Virus genome (UHGV): UHGV-0211447
Reading direction: 5' to 3' (one strand)
Length of the DNA: 6,473 nucleotides
From: a virus
Part shown: positions 1 to 6,228 of the stretch, piece by piece
Numbering within the stretch: position 1 is the first letter of the stretch
How the letters are laid out: every line of letters begins with the position of its first letter
The notes under the pieces: generated by a model
The model's database searches: none
What the model saw: the letters and a program-made list of their open reading frames with translations, nothing else
What the model was told of the DNA's origin: nothing
Position numbers and translations under genes: made by a program

Positions 1-1233
1 ATGATTGACATGCTTGTTTTAAGATTACCGTTCATCGATTCTCTTGTTTGCTCCAGACTTTCAGGTAATTACCTGATAGCCTTTGTAGACCTTTCAAAAA
101 TTGCTACCCTCTCCGGCATGAATTTATCAGCTAGAACGGTTGAGTATCATATTGATGGTGATTTGACTGTTTCCGGTCTTTCTCATCCTTTTGAATCTTT
201 ACCTACACATTACTCCGGTATTGCTTTTAAAATATATGAAGGGTCAAAGAATTTTTATCCCTGCGTTGAAATAAAGGCTTCACCTGCAAAAGTTTTACAG
301 GGTCATAATGTTTTTGGCACAACCGATTTAGCTTTATGCTCTGAGGCTTTATTGCTTAATTTTGCTAATTCTCTGCCTTGCCTTTATGATTTATTGGATG
401 TTAACGCTACTACTATTATTAGAATAGACGCCACCTTTTCAGCTCGCGCCCCAAATGAAAATATAGCTAAACAGGTGATTGACCATTTACGCAACGTTTC
501 AAATGGGCAAACTAAATCAACACGTTCGCAGAATTGGGAATCTACTGTTACTTGGAATGAAACTTCCAGACACCGTACCTTAGTTGCATATTTAAAGCAC
601 GTTGAATTACAACATCAGATTCAGCAATTAAGCTCTAAGCCATCGGCAAAAATGACCGCTTATCAGAAGGAGCAATTGAAAGTATTATCCAATCCTGATT
701 TATTGGAGTTCGCTTCCGGCTTGGTGCGTTTTGAGGCTCGTATAAAAACCAGATACTTAAAGTCATTCGGTCTTCCTCTAAATCTTTTTGATGCAATTCG
801 CTTTGCATCCGACTATAATAGACAAGGTAAAGACCTGATTTTTGATTTATGGTCATTCTCGTTTTCTGAATTGTTTAAAGCCTTTGAGGGGGATTCAATG
901 AACATTTACGACGATTCCGCAGTTTTGGACGCTATCCAATCTAAGCATTTTACTGTCACTTCCTCTGGCAAAATCTCTTATGCTAAAGCCTCTCGCTATT
1001 TTGGTTTTTATCGCCGTTTGATAAATGAGGGTTATGATAGCGTTGCTCTTACCATGCCCCGTAATTCCTTTTGGCGTTATGTTTCTGCATTAGTTGAATG
1101 TGGTATTCCCAAATCACAATTAATGAATCTTTCTACCTGTAATAATGTCGTTCCGTTAGTACGTTTTATTAAAGTGGATTTTTCTTCACAATGTCCTGAC
1201 TGGTATAAAGAGCCAGTTCTCAAAATCGCATAA
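1..1233 (+). CDS. gII: Gene II protein (pII), 410 aa: rolling-circle replication initiator, a site-specific nickase acting at the plus-strand origin
   Basis: The ORF is given in the track. Its product MIDMLVLRLPFIDSLVCSRLSGN...PVLKIA matches my memory of Ff pII almost residue for residue, with a few substitutions. It is the first gene, followed by gV as in Ff. The window end carries the gII promoter and leader directly upstream when the sequence is circularised. Confidence 0.95.
   Translation: MIDMLVLRLPFIDSLVCSRLSGNYLIAFVDLSKIATLSGMNLSARTVEYHIDGDLTVSGLSHPFESLPTHYSGIAFKIYEGSKNFYPCVEIKASPAKVLQGHNVFGTTDLALCSEALLLNFANSLPCLYDLLDVNATTIIRIDATFSARAPNENIAKQVIDHLRNVSNGQTKSTRSQNWESTVTWNETSRHRTLVAYLKHVELQHQIQQLSSKPSAKMTAYQKEQLKVLSNPDLLEFASGLVRFEARIKTRYLKSFGLPLNLFDAIRFASDYNRQGKDLIFDLWSFSFSELFKAFEGDSMNIYDDSAVLDAIQSKHFTVTSSGKISYAKASRYFGFYRRLINEGYDSVALTMPRNSFWRYVSALVECGIPKSQLMNLSTCNNVVPLVRFIKVDFSSQCPDWYKEPVLKIA
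898..1233 (+). CDS. gX: Gene X protein (pX), 111 aa: made from an in-frame internal start within gII and equal to the C-terminal third of pII; a replication regulator
   Basis: An ATG lies at 898..900 in the gII frame (…EGDSMNIYDDSAVLDAIQSK…). It sits exactly at pII codon 300, where Ff gene X starts. Established Ff knowledge supports the call. I cannot see a clean SD motif. Confidence 0.8.
   Translation: MNIYDDSAVLDAIQSKHFTVTSSGKISYAKASRYFGFYRRLINEGYDSVALTMPRNSFWRYVSALVECGIPKSQLMNLSTCNNVVPLVRFIKVDFSSQCPDWYKEPVLKIA
1201..1209 (+). promoter_or_regulatory. Putative extended -10 promoter (TGgTATAAA) upstream of gene V, inside the 3' end of gII
   Basis: The motif tggtataaa at 1201..1209 is of the TGnTATAAT class and lies about 36 nt upstream of the gV ATG. 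Ff phages have a promoter ahead of gV for the cascade of nested transcripts. I found no convincing -35. Confidence 0.35.
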
Positions 1234-1244
1234 GGTAATTCAAA

Positions 1245-1508
1245 ATGTTTAAAGTTGAAATTAAGCCATCTCAAGCGCAATTCACTACCCGTTCTGGTGT
1301 TTCTCGTCAGGGTAAGCCTTATTCACTGAATGAGCAGCTTTGCTATGTGGATTTGGGTGATGAATACCCGGTGCGTGTCAAGATTACTCTTGATGATGGT
1401 CAACCTGCTTACGCCCCCGGCCTTTACACCGTTCATCCTTCCTCTTTCAAGGTTGGCCAATTCGGTTCTCTGATGATTGACCGTCTGCGCCTCGTTCCTG
1501 CTAAGTAA
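1245..1508 (+). CDS. gV: Gene V protein (pV), 87 aa: ssDNA-binding protein and translational repressor of gII/gX
   Basis: The ORF is given in the track. Its product MFKVEIKPSQAQFTTRSGVSRQGKPYSLNEQLCYVDLG...DRLRLVPAK is the Ff pV sequence with about 5 substitutions relative to my memory of M13 pV. AAGG lies 8 nt upstream of the ATG. Confidence 0.95.
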   Translation: MFKVEIKPSQAQFTTRSGVSRQGKPYSLNEQLCYVDLGDEYPVRVKITLDDGQPAYAPGLYTVHPSSFKVGQFGSLMIDRLRLVPAK

Positions 1509-1509
1509 T

Positions 1510-1611
1510 ATGGAGCAGGTCGCAGATTTCGACACAATTTATCAGGCTATGATACAAATCGCCGTTGTGCTTTGTTTCGCGCTTGGTATAATTGCAGGGG
1601 GTCAAAGATGA
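1510..1611 (+). CDS. gVII: Gene VII protein (pVII), 33 aa: minor coat protein at the tip that emerges first
   Basis: The ATG at 1510 lies 1 nt after the gV TAA. It translates to MEQVADFDTIYQAMIQIAVVLCFALGIIAGGQR and ends in TGA at 1609..1611. This matches Ff pVII except for one residue (S to A, by memory). It is too short for the ORF track. Confidence 0.85.
   Translation: MEQVADFDTIYQAMIQIAVVLCFALGIIAGGQR
1565..1592 (+). promoter_or_regulatory. Sigma70-type promoter inside gVII: -35 TTGTGC at 1565..1570, a 16-nt spacer and a perfect -10 TATAAT at 1587..1592. It drives the abundant gIX/gVIII transcript
   Basis: The sequence shows cgtTGTGCtttgtttcgcgcttggTATAATtgc. This corresponds to the strong Ff promoter just upstream of gIX/gVIII. 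The transcript would terminate at the hairpin at 1941..1966. Confidence 0.55.
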
Positions 1612-1706
1612 GTGTTTTAGTGTATTCTTTCGCCTCTTTCGTATTAGGTTGGTGCCTTCGTAGCGGCATTACTTATTTTACTCGTTTAATGGAAACTTCC
1701 TCATGA
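1608..1706 (+). CDS. gIX: Gene IX protein (pIX), 32 aa: minor coat protein
   Basis: The ATG at 1608 overlaps the gVII stop (ATGA). It translates to [32 protein letters not shown], identical to Ff pIX by memory, and ends in TGA at 1704..1706. Confidence 0.85.
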   Translation: MSVLVYSFASFVLGWCLRSGITYFTRLMETSS

Positions 1707-1924
1707 AAAAGTCTTTAGTCCTCAAAGCCTCTGTAGCTGTTGCTACCCTCGTTCCGATGCTTTCTTTCGCTGCTCAGGGTGATGATCCCGCTAAAGCGGC
1801 CTTTGACTCTCTTCAAGCCTCTGCAACCGAATATATCGGTTATGCCTGGGCGATGGTTGTTGTTGTCGTCGGCGCAGCTATCGGTATTAAGCTGTTTAAG
1901 AAATTCACCTCGAAAGCAAGTTGA
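1703..1924 (+). CDS. gVIII: Gene VIII major coat protein precursor (pVIII), 73 aa: a 23-aa signal peptide plus a 50-aa mature coat
   Basis: The ORF is given in the track. Its ATG overlaps the gIX stop (ATGA). The signal peptide is [23 protein letters not shown]. The mature protein [50 protein letters not shown] matches the fd-type coat with E2Q, I32V and T36A. A rho-independent terminator follows. Confidence 0.95.
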   Translation: MKKSLVLKASVAVATLVPMLSFAAQGDDPAKAAFDSLQASATEYIGYAWAMVVVVVGAAIGIKLFKKFTSKAS

Positions 1925-1940
1925 TAATCCGATACAATTA

Positions 1941-1966
1941 AAGGCTCCTTTTGGGGCCTTTTTTTT
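1941..1966 (+). terminator. Rho-independent terminator after gVIII: GGCTCC-TTTT-GGGGCC stem-loop followed by T8
   Basis: The sequence at 1941..1966 is aaGGCTCCttttGGGGCCtttttttt. The stem has one G-U wobble relative to the perfect canonical GGAGCC. This is the classical strong Ff terminator upstream of gIII. Confidence 0.85.
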
Positions 1967-1979
1967 GGAGATTTTCAAC

Positions 1980-3320
1980 GTGAAAAAATTACTATTCGCA
2001 ATTCCTTTATTGATTCCCTTTTATTCTCATTCTGCTGAAACTGTTGAAAGTTGTTTAGCTAAACCTCAAACAGAAAATTCATTTACTAACGTTTGGAAAA
2101 ACGAAAAAACATTAGATCGTTACGCTAACTATGAGGGCTGTCTGTGGAATGCTACAGGCGTAGTAGTCTGTACTGGTGACGAAACTCAGTGTTACGGTAC
2201 GTGGGTTCCTATTGGGCTTGCTATCCCTAAAAATGAGGGTGGCGATTCTCAGGGTGGCGGTACTACTCCCCCTAATTACCCTCATACTCCTACTCCGGGT
2301 TATACCTATATAAACCCTCTTGATGGCTCGTATCCGCCAGGTACTGAGCAAAACCCTGCTAGCCCTAAACCTATTCTTTTTGAAGAGCAGCCTATAAATA
2401 CGTGGTTGTTCCAGAATAATAGATTTATAAATAAGCAAGGTTCATTATATGTCTACACCGGAACTGTTACGAAAGGTACTAAACCTCCTAAAACTTATTA
2501 CCAGTATACTCCTGTTTCATCTAAAGCCATGTATGACGCTTTCTTGAACGGCAAGTTTCGTGATTGCGCTTTTCATTCTGATTTTACTTTTAATAACGAT
2601 CCATTCGTCTGCGAATATCAAGGCCAATCAACCGCCCTGCCTCAACCACCTATTAATGTTCCCGTCGTCTCTGGTGGTGGTTCTGGTGGCGGTTCTGTTG
2701 GTGGCGGCTCTAATGGTGGCGGCACTGTTGGCGGCGGTTCTATTGGTGGCGGTACTGGTGGCGGCGGTTCTGAGGGTGGCGGCACTGTTGGTGGTGGTTC
2801 GCAGGGTGGCGGCACTGTTGGCGGCGGTTCTCAGGGTGGCGGCACTGGTGGCGGCTCTGGTTCTGGCGATTTTGATTATGACAAAATGGCAAATGCTAAT
2901 AAGGGTGCATTAACCGAAAATGCAGACGAAAACGCGCTACAGTCTGACGCTAAAGGCAAACTTGATTCTGTCGCTAATGATTACGGTGCTGCTATCGATG
3001 GTTTCATCGGTGATGTTTCCGGTCTTGCTAATGGTAATGGTGCTACTGGTGATTTTGCTGGCTCTAATTCACAAATGGCGCAAATTGGTGATGGTGATAA
3101 TTCGCCTTTAATGAATAAATTCCGTCAATATTTACCTTCATTACCGCAGTCCGTTGAATGTCGTCCTTTCGTATTTGGTGCTGGTAAGCCTTATGAGTTT
3201 TCTATTGACTGTGACAAAATAAATCTATTCCGTGGTGTTTTTGCATTTCTGCTTTACGTTGCTACATTCATGTATGTTTTTTCAACCTTTGCTAATATTC
3301 TGCGTAATAAGGAGTCGTAA
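1980..3320 (+). CDS. gIII: Gene III protein (pIII), 446 aa: adsorption protein with an 18-aa signal peptide, the N1 (TolA-binding) and N2 (pilus-binding) domains, Gly-rich linkers and a C-terminal anchor
   Basis: A GTG start lies at 1980..1982, giving [18 protein letters not shown]|[17 protein letters not shown]..., as in Ff, where gIII starts with GTG. It is in the same frame as the track ORF 1740..3320, whose upstream extension is spurious. All 8 canonical Cys residues are present. The C-terminal part [14 protein letters not shown]...ANILRNKES is conserved. The product is 22 aa longer than the canonical 424 aa. Confidence 0.9.
   Translation: MKKLLFAIPLLIPFYSHSAETVESCLAKPQTENSFTNVWKNEKTLDRYANYEGCLWNATGVVVCTGDETQCYGTWVPIGLAIPKNEGGDSQGGGTTPPNYPHTPTPGYTYINPLDGSYPPGTEQNPASPKPILFEEQPINTWLFQNNRFINKQGSLYVYTGTVTKGTKPPKTYYQYTPVSSKAMYDAFLNGKFRDCAFHSDFTFNNDPFVCEYQGQSTALPQPPINVPVVSGGGSGGGSVGGGSNGGGTVGGGSIGGGTGGGGSEGGGTVGGGSQGGGTVGGGSQGGGTGGGSGSGDFDYDKMANANKGALTENADENALQSDAKGKLDSVANDYGAAIDGFIGDVSGLANGNGATGDFAGSNSQMAQIGDGDNSPLMNKFRQYLPSLPQSVECRPFVFGAGKPYEFSIDCDKINLFRGVFAFLLYVATFMYVFSTFANILRNKES
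2235..2264 (+). repeat. Shortened pIII linker 1 ([10 protein letters not shown]) between the N1 and N2 domains
   Basis: Only two degenerate copies of the GGGS/T unit are present (gagggtggcgattctcagggtggcggtact). Canonical Ff has about four EGGGS repeats here. Confidence 0.7.
2679..2867 (+). repeat. Tandem 15-nt (or 12-nt) degenerate repeats encoding the pIII Gly-rich linker 2, of the form (GGGS/T-x)n where x is V/N/I/E/Q
   Basis: The direct repeats are visible: ggtggcggttctgtt / ggtggcggctctaat / ggtggcggcactgtt / ggcggcggttctatt ... ggtggcggcactggtggcggctctggttctggc. They encode about 66 aa of linker, against about 39 aa in canonical Ff. Confidence 0.85.
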
Positions 3321-3322
3321 TC

Positions 3323-3661
3323 ATGCCAGTATTATTAGGTATTCCGTTATTACTACGCTTTCTTGGTTTCCTTTTGGTAACTTTATTTGGCTATCTTCTT
3401 ACTTTTCTGAAAAAGGGATTCGGTAAGATAGCTATCGCTATTTCATTGTTTCTCGCTCTAATTATTGGGCTTAACTCTATTCTTGTGGGTTATCTTTCTG
3501 ATATTAGCGCACAATTACCCTCTGATTTTGTTCAGGGCGTTCAGTTAATTCTCCCTTCTAATGCGCTTCCCTGTTTTTATATTATTCTCTCTGTAAAGAC
3601 TGCAATTTTCATTTTTGACGTTAAACAAAAAATCGTTACTTTTTTGGATTGGGATAAATAA
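3323..3661 (+). CDS. gVI: Gene VI protein (pVI), 112 aa: minor coat protein at the pIII end
   Basis: The ORF is given in the track. Its product MPVLLGIPLLLRFLGFLLVTLFGYLLTFLKKGFGKIAIAISLFLALIIGLNS... matches Ff pVI with a few substitutions near the C-terminus. AAGGAG lies at 3309..3314, 8 nt upstream of the ATG. The start follows the gIII stop by 2 nt. Confidence 0.95.
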   Translation: MPVLLGIPLLLRFLGFLLVTLFGYLLTFLKKGFGKIAIAISLFLALIIGLNSILVGYLSDISAQLPSDFVQGVQLILPSNALPCFYIILSVKTAIFIFDVKQKIVTFLDWDK

Positions 3662-3663
3662 TT

Positions 3664-4710
3664 ATGGCTGTTTATTTTGTAACTGGCAAATTAGGCTCTG
3701 GAAAGACGCTCGTTAGCGTTGGTAAGATTCAGGATAAAATTGTAGCTGGTTGCAAAATAGCGACTAATCTTGATTTAAGGCTTCAAAACCTCCCGCAAGT
3801 CGGGAGGTTCGCTAAAACGCCTCGCGTTCTTAGAATACCGGATAAGCCTTCTATATCTGATTTGCTTGCTATTGGGCGCGGAAATGATTCCTATGATGAA
3901 AATAAAAACGGACTGCTTGTCCTCGATGAGTGCGGCACTTGGTTTAATACCCGTTCATGGAATGATAAGGAAAGACAGCCGATTATTGATTGGTTTCTAC
4001 ATGCTCGTAAATTAGGTTGGGATATTATTTTTCTTGTTCAGGATTTATCTATTGTTGATAAACAGGCGCGCTCTGCATTAGCTGAGCATGTTGTTTATTG
4101 TCGTCGTCTGGACAGAATTACTTTACCATTTGTCGGCACTTTCTATTCTCTTATTACTGGCTCAAAAATGCCCATGCCTAAATTACATGTTGGCGTTGTT
4201 AAATATGGCGATTCACAATTAAGCCCTACTGTTGAACGTTGGCTTTATACTGGTAAGAATTTGTATAACGCATATGACACTAAACAGGTATTTTCCAGTA
4301 ATTATGATTCCGGTGTTTATTCTTATTTAACGCCTTATTTATCACACGGTCGGTATTTCAAACCTTTAAATTTAGGTCAGAAGATGAAATTAACAAGAAT
4401 TTATCTTAAAAAGTTTTCACGTATTTTATGTCTTGTGCTTGGATTTGCATTAGCGTTTACATATACTTATATAAACCAACCTAAGCAGGAGGTAAAAAAT
4501 ATAGCCTCTCAGACCTATGATTTTGATAAATTCACTATTGACTCTTCTCAGCGGCTTAATCTAAGCTATCGTTATGTTTTCAAGGATTCTAATGGAAAAT
4601 TAATCAGTAGCGATGATTTAAAGAAACAAGGTTATTCGCTTACTTATATTGATTTGTGTACTGTTTCTATTAAAAAAGGTAATTCAAATGAAATTGTTAA
4701 ATGTAATTAA
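3664..4710 (+). CDS. gI: Gene I protein (pI), 348 aa: inner-membrane assembly ATPase with a Walker A motif (GKLGSGKT)
   Basis: The ORF is given in the track. Its product MAVYFVTGKLGSGKTLVSVGKIQDKIVAGCKIATNLDLRLQNLPQ... matches Ff pI. A P-loop lies near the N-terminus. The 3' end overlaps the gIV start by 23 nt. Confidence 0.95.
   Translation: MAVYFVTGKLGSGKTLVSVGKIQDKIVAGCKIATNLDLRLQNLPQVGRFAKTPRVLRIPDKPSISDLLAIGRGNDSYDENKNGLLVLDECGTWFNTRSWNDKERQPIIDWFLHARKLGWDIIFLVQDLSIVDKQARSALAEHVVYCRRLDRITLPFVGTFYSLITGSKMPMPKLHVGVVKYGDSQLSPTVERWLYTGKNLYNAYDTKQVFSSNYDSGVYSYLTPYLSHGRYFKPLNLGQKMKLTRIYLKKFSRILCLVLGFALAFTYTYINQPKQEVKNIASQTYDFDKFTIDSSQRLNLSYRYVFKDSNGKLISSDDLKKQGYSLTYIDLCTVSIKKGNSNEIVKCN
4384..4710 (+). 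CDS. gXI: Gene XI protein (pXI, also called pI*), 108 aa: made from an in-frame internal start at pI Met241; an assembly component lacking the ATPase domain
   Basis: An ATG lies at 4384..4386 in the gI frame (…LGQKMKLTRIYLKKF…), at the position of the known Ff gene XI start. It is followed by the hydrophobic transmembrane segment ILCLVLGFALAF. Confidence 0.75.
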   Translation: MKLTRIYLKKFSRILCLVLGFALAFTYTYINQPKQEVKNIASQTYDFDKFTIDSSQRLNLSYRYVFKDSNGKLISSDDLKKQGYSLTYIDLCTVSIKKGNSNEIVKCN

Positions 4711-5968
4711 TTTAGTTTTTCTGATGTTTGTTTCTTCATCTTCTTTTGCGCAAGTAATTGAAATGAATAATTCCCCTCTCCGCGATTTCGTCACTTGGTA
4801 TTCAAAACAGACGGGTGATTCTGTTATTGTTTCACCTGATGTTAAAGGTACTGTTACCGTATATTCATCTGATGTTAAGCCTGATAATTTGCGTAATTTC
4901 TTCATTTCTGTTTTACGTGCAAATAATTATGATATGGTTGGTTCAAATCCTTCAATTATTCAGAAATATAACCCAAATAATCAGGATTATATTGATGAAT
5001 TGCCAGCAACCGATATTAAAGAATATGATGATAATACTCCTCCTTCTGGTGGTTTCTTTGTTCCGCAAAATGATAATGTAACTGAAACATTTAAAATTAA
5101 TAACGTTCGTGCAAAGGATTTAATAAGGGTGGTTGAGTTGTTTGTAAAATCAAATACCTCTAAATCATCCAACGTATTATCTATTGATGGCTCTAATCTA
5201 TTAGTCGTTAGCGCCCCTAAAGATATTCTTTCTAGTCTGCCTCAATTTCTTTCAACTGTTGATTTACCTACAGACCAAATTCTCATTGAGGGTTTAATAT
5301 TTGAGGTTCAACAAGGTGAGGCTTTAGATTTTTCTTTTGCTGCTGGCTCTCAACGTGGTACTGTTGCTGGCGGTGTTAATACAGACCGTTTAACCTCTGT
5401 ATTATCTTCTGCGGGTGGTTCTTTTGGCATTTTTAATGGTGATGTTTTGGGGCTATCAGTTCGCGCATTAAAGACTAATAGCCATTCTAAAATATTGTCT
5501 GTGCCTCGTATTCTTACGCTTTCAGGTCAAAAAGGTTCTATTTCGGTTGGTCAGAATGTCCCTTTTATTACTGGTCGTGTGACTGGTGAATCTGCCAATG
5601 TAAATAATCCATTTCAGACGATTGAGCGTCAAAATGTAGGTATTTCCATGAGCGTTTTTCCTGTTGCAATGGCTGGCGGTAATATTGTTCTGGATATTAC
5701 CAGCAAGGCCGATAGTTTGAGTTCTTCTACTCAGGCAAGTGATGTTATTACTAATCAAAGAAGTATTGCGACAACGGTTAATTTGCGCGATGGACAGACT
5801 CTTTTACTCGGTGGCCTTACTAATTACAAAAACGCCTCTCAGGATTCTGGCGTACCGTTCCTGTCTAAAATCCCTTTAATCGGCCTTCTGTTCAGCTCCC
5901 GCTCTGATTCTGACGAGGAAAGCACGTTATACGTGCTCGTCAAAGCAACCATAGTACGCGCCATGTAG
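4688..5968 (+). CDS. gIV: Gene IV protein (pIV), 426 aa: outer-membrane secretin (GspD/PulD family) forming the phage export channel, with an N-terminal signal peptide
   Basis: The true start is the ATG at 4688 (MKLLNVINLVFLMFVSSSSFA|QVIEMNNSPL...). The track ORF 4649..5968 carries a spurious 13-codon N-terminal extension. AAGG lies 8 nt upstream. The length of 426 aa equals canonical pIV. The secretin C-domain is highly conserved (…VPFLSKIPLIGLLFSSRSDS…). Confidence 0.93.
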   Translation: MKLLNVINLVFLMFVSSSSFAQVIEMNNSPLRDFVTWYSKQTGDSVIVSPDVKGTVTVYSSDVKPDNLRNFFISVLRANNYDMVGSNPSIIQKYNPNNQDYIDELPATDIKEYDDNTPPSGGFFVPQNDNVTETFKINNVRAKDLIRVVELFVKSNTSKSSNVLSIDGSNLLVVSAPKDILSSLPQFLSTVDLPTDQILIEGLIFEVQQGEALDFSFAAGSQRGTVAGGVNTDRLTSVLSSAGGSFGIFNGDVLGLSVRALKTNSHSKILSVPRILTLSGQKGSISVGQNVPFITGRVTGESANVNNPFQTIERQNVGISMSVFPVAMAGGNIVLDITSKADSLSSSTQASDVITNQRSIATTVNLRDGQTLLLGGLTNYKNASQDSGVPFLSKIPLIGLLFSSRSDSDEESTLYVLVKATIVRAM

Positions 5969-5974
5969 CGGCGC

Positions 5975-6055
5975 ATTAAGCGCGGCGGGTGTGGTGGTTA
6001 CGCGCAGCGTGACCGCTACACTTGCCAGCGCCCTAGCGCCCGCTCCTTTCGCTTT
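5975..6055 (+). other. Packaging signal (PS, hairpin A): an imperfect GC-rich hairpin immediately after gIV that also acts as the rho-dependent 'central' terminator region
   Basis: The sequence attaagcgcggcgggtgtggtggttacgcgcagcgtgaccgctacacttgccagcgccctagcgcccgc... has the same sequence and position as the Ff morphogenetic signal. By memory this segment is essentially identical to M13. The boundaries are approximate. Confidence 0.7.
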
Positions 6056-6084
6056 CTTCCCTTCCTTTCTCGCCACGTTCGCCG

Positions 6085-6200
6085 GCTTTCCCCGTCAAGC
6101 TCTAAATCGGGGGCTCCCTTTAGGGTTCCGATTTAGTGCTTTACGGCACCTCGACCCTCAAAAACTTGATTTGGGTGATGGTTCACGTAGTGGGCCATCG
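6085..6200 (+). other. Minus-strand (complementary-strand) origin: hairpins B and C recognised by host RNA polymerase for primer synthesis
   Basis: I place it between the PS and the nick site by homology to the Ff intergenic region (…ccccgtcaagctctaaatcgggggctccctttagggttccgatttagtgctttacggcacctcgacc…). The exact borders were not determined from structure. Confidence 0.55.
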
Positions 6201-6228
6201 CCCTGTTAGACGGTTTTTCGCCCTTTTA

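Noticed and set aside
842-870. A possible -35 (TTGATT) promoter for gene X around 842..870
   Set aside because: I found no acceptable -10 hexamer at proper spacing. The Ff in-gene promoters are known to exist, but I cannot place this one from sequence alone.
1740-1979. An N-terminal extension of the gIII ORF back to the ATG at 1740 (526 aa in the track)
   Set aside because: The extension runs through the 3' part of gVIII in another frame and across the gVIII terminator. The true start is the GTG at 1980, which gives the canonical signal peptide [10 protein letters not shown]…HS|AETVES.
2560-2913. A 117-aa + strand ORF with a striking hydrophobic repeat ([19 protein letters not shown]…)
   Set aside because: It is the +1-frame shadow of the gIII Gly-rich linker repeats (GGC GGT TCT read as GCG GTT CTG). 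It lies entirely inside the bona fide gIII frame. It has no RBS. Ff phages have no such gene.
4649-4687. A 13-codon upstream extension of gIV (MICVLFLLKKVIQ…)
   Set aside because: The canonical start is the ATG at 4688, which has an AAGG Shine-Dalgarno 8 nt upstream and gives the secretin signal peptide MKLLNVIN…SFA. The upstream ATG lacks an RBS and lies inside gI.
635-5758. Minus-strand ORFs (635..856, 1077..1280, 1323..1535, 1715..1978, 2112..2438, 4684..4905, 4987..5172, 5522..5758) and short out-of-frame + ORFs (2920..3111, 3232..3426, 4815..5081)
   Set aside because: All lie wholly within well-supported + strand genes. Ff phages transcribe only one strand, and the packaged strand is the coding strand. 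None has a credible RBS. Their low-complexity, Leu/Ile-rich translations are typical of frame-shifted AT-rich coding DNA.
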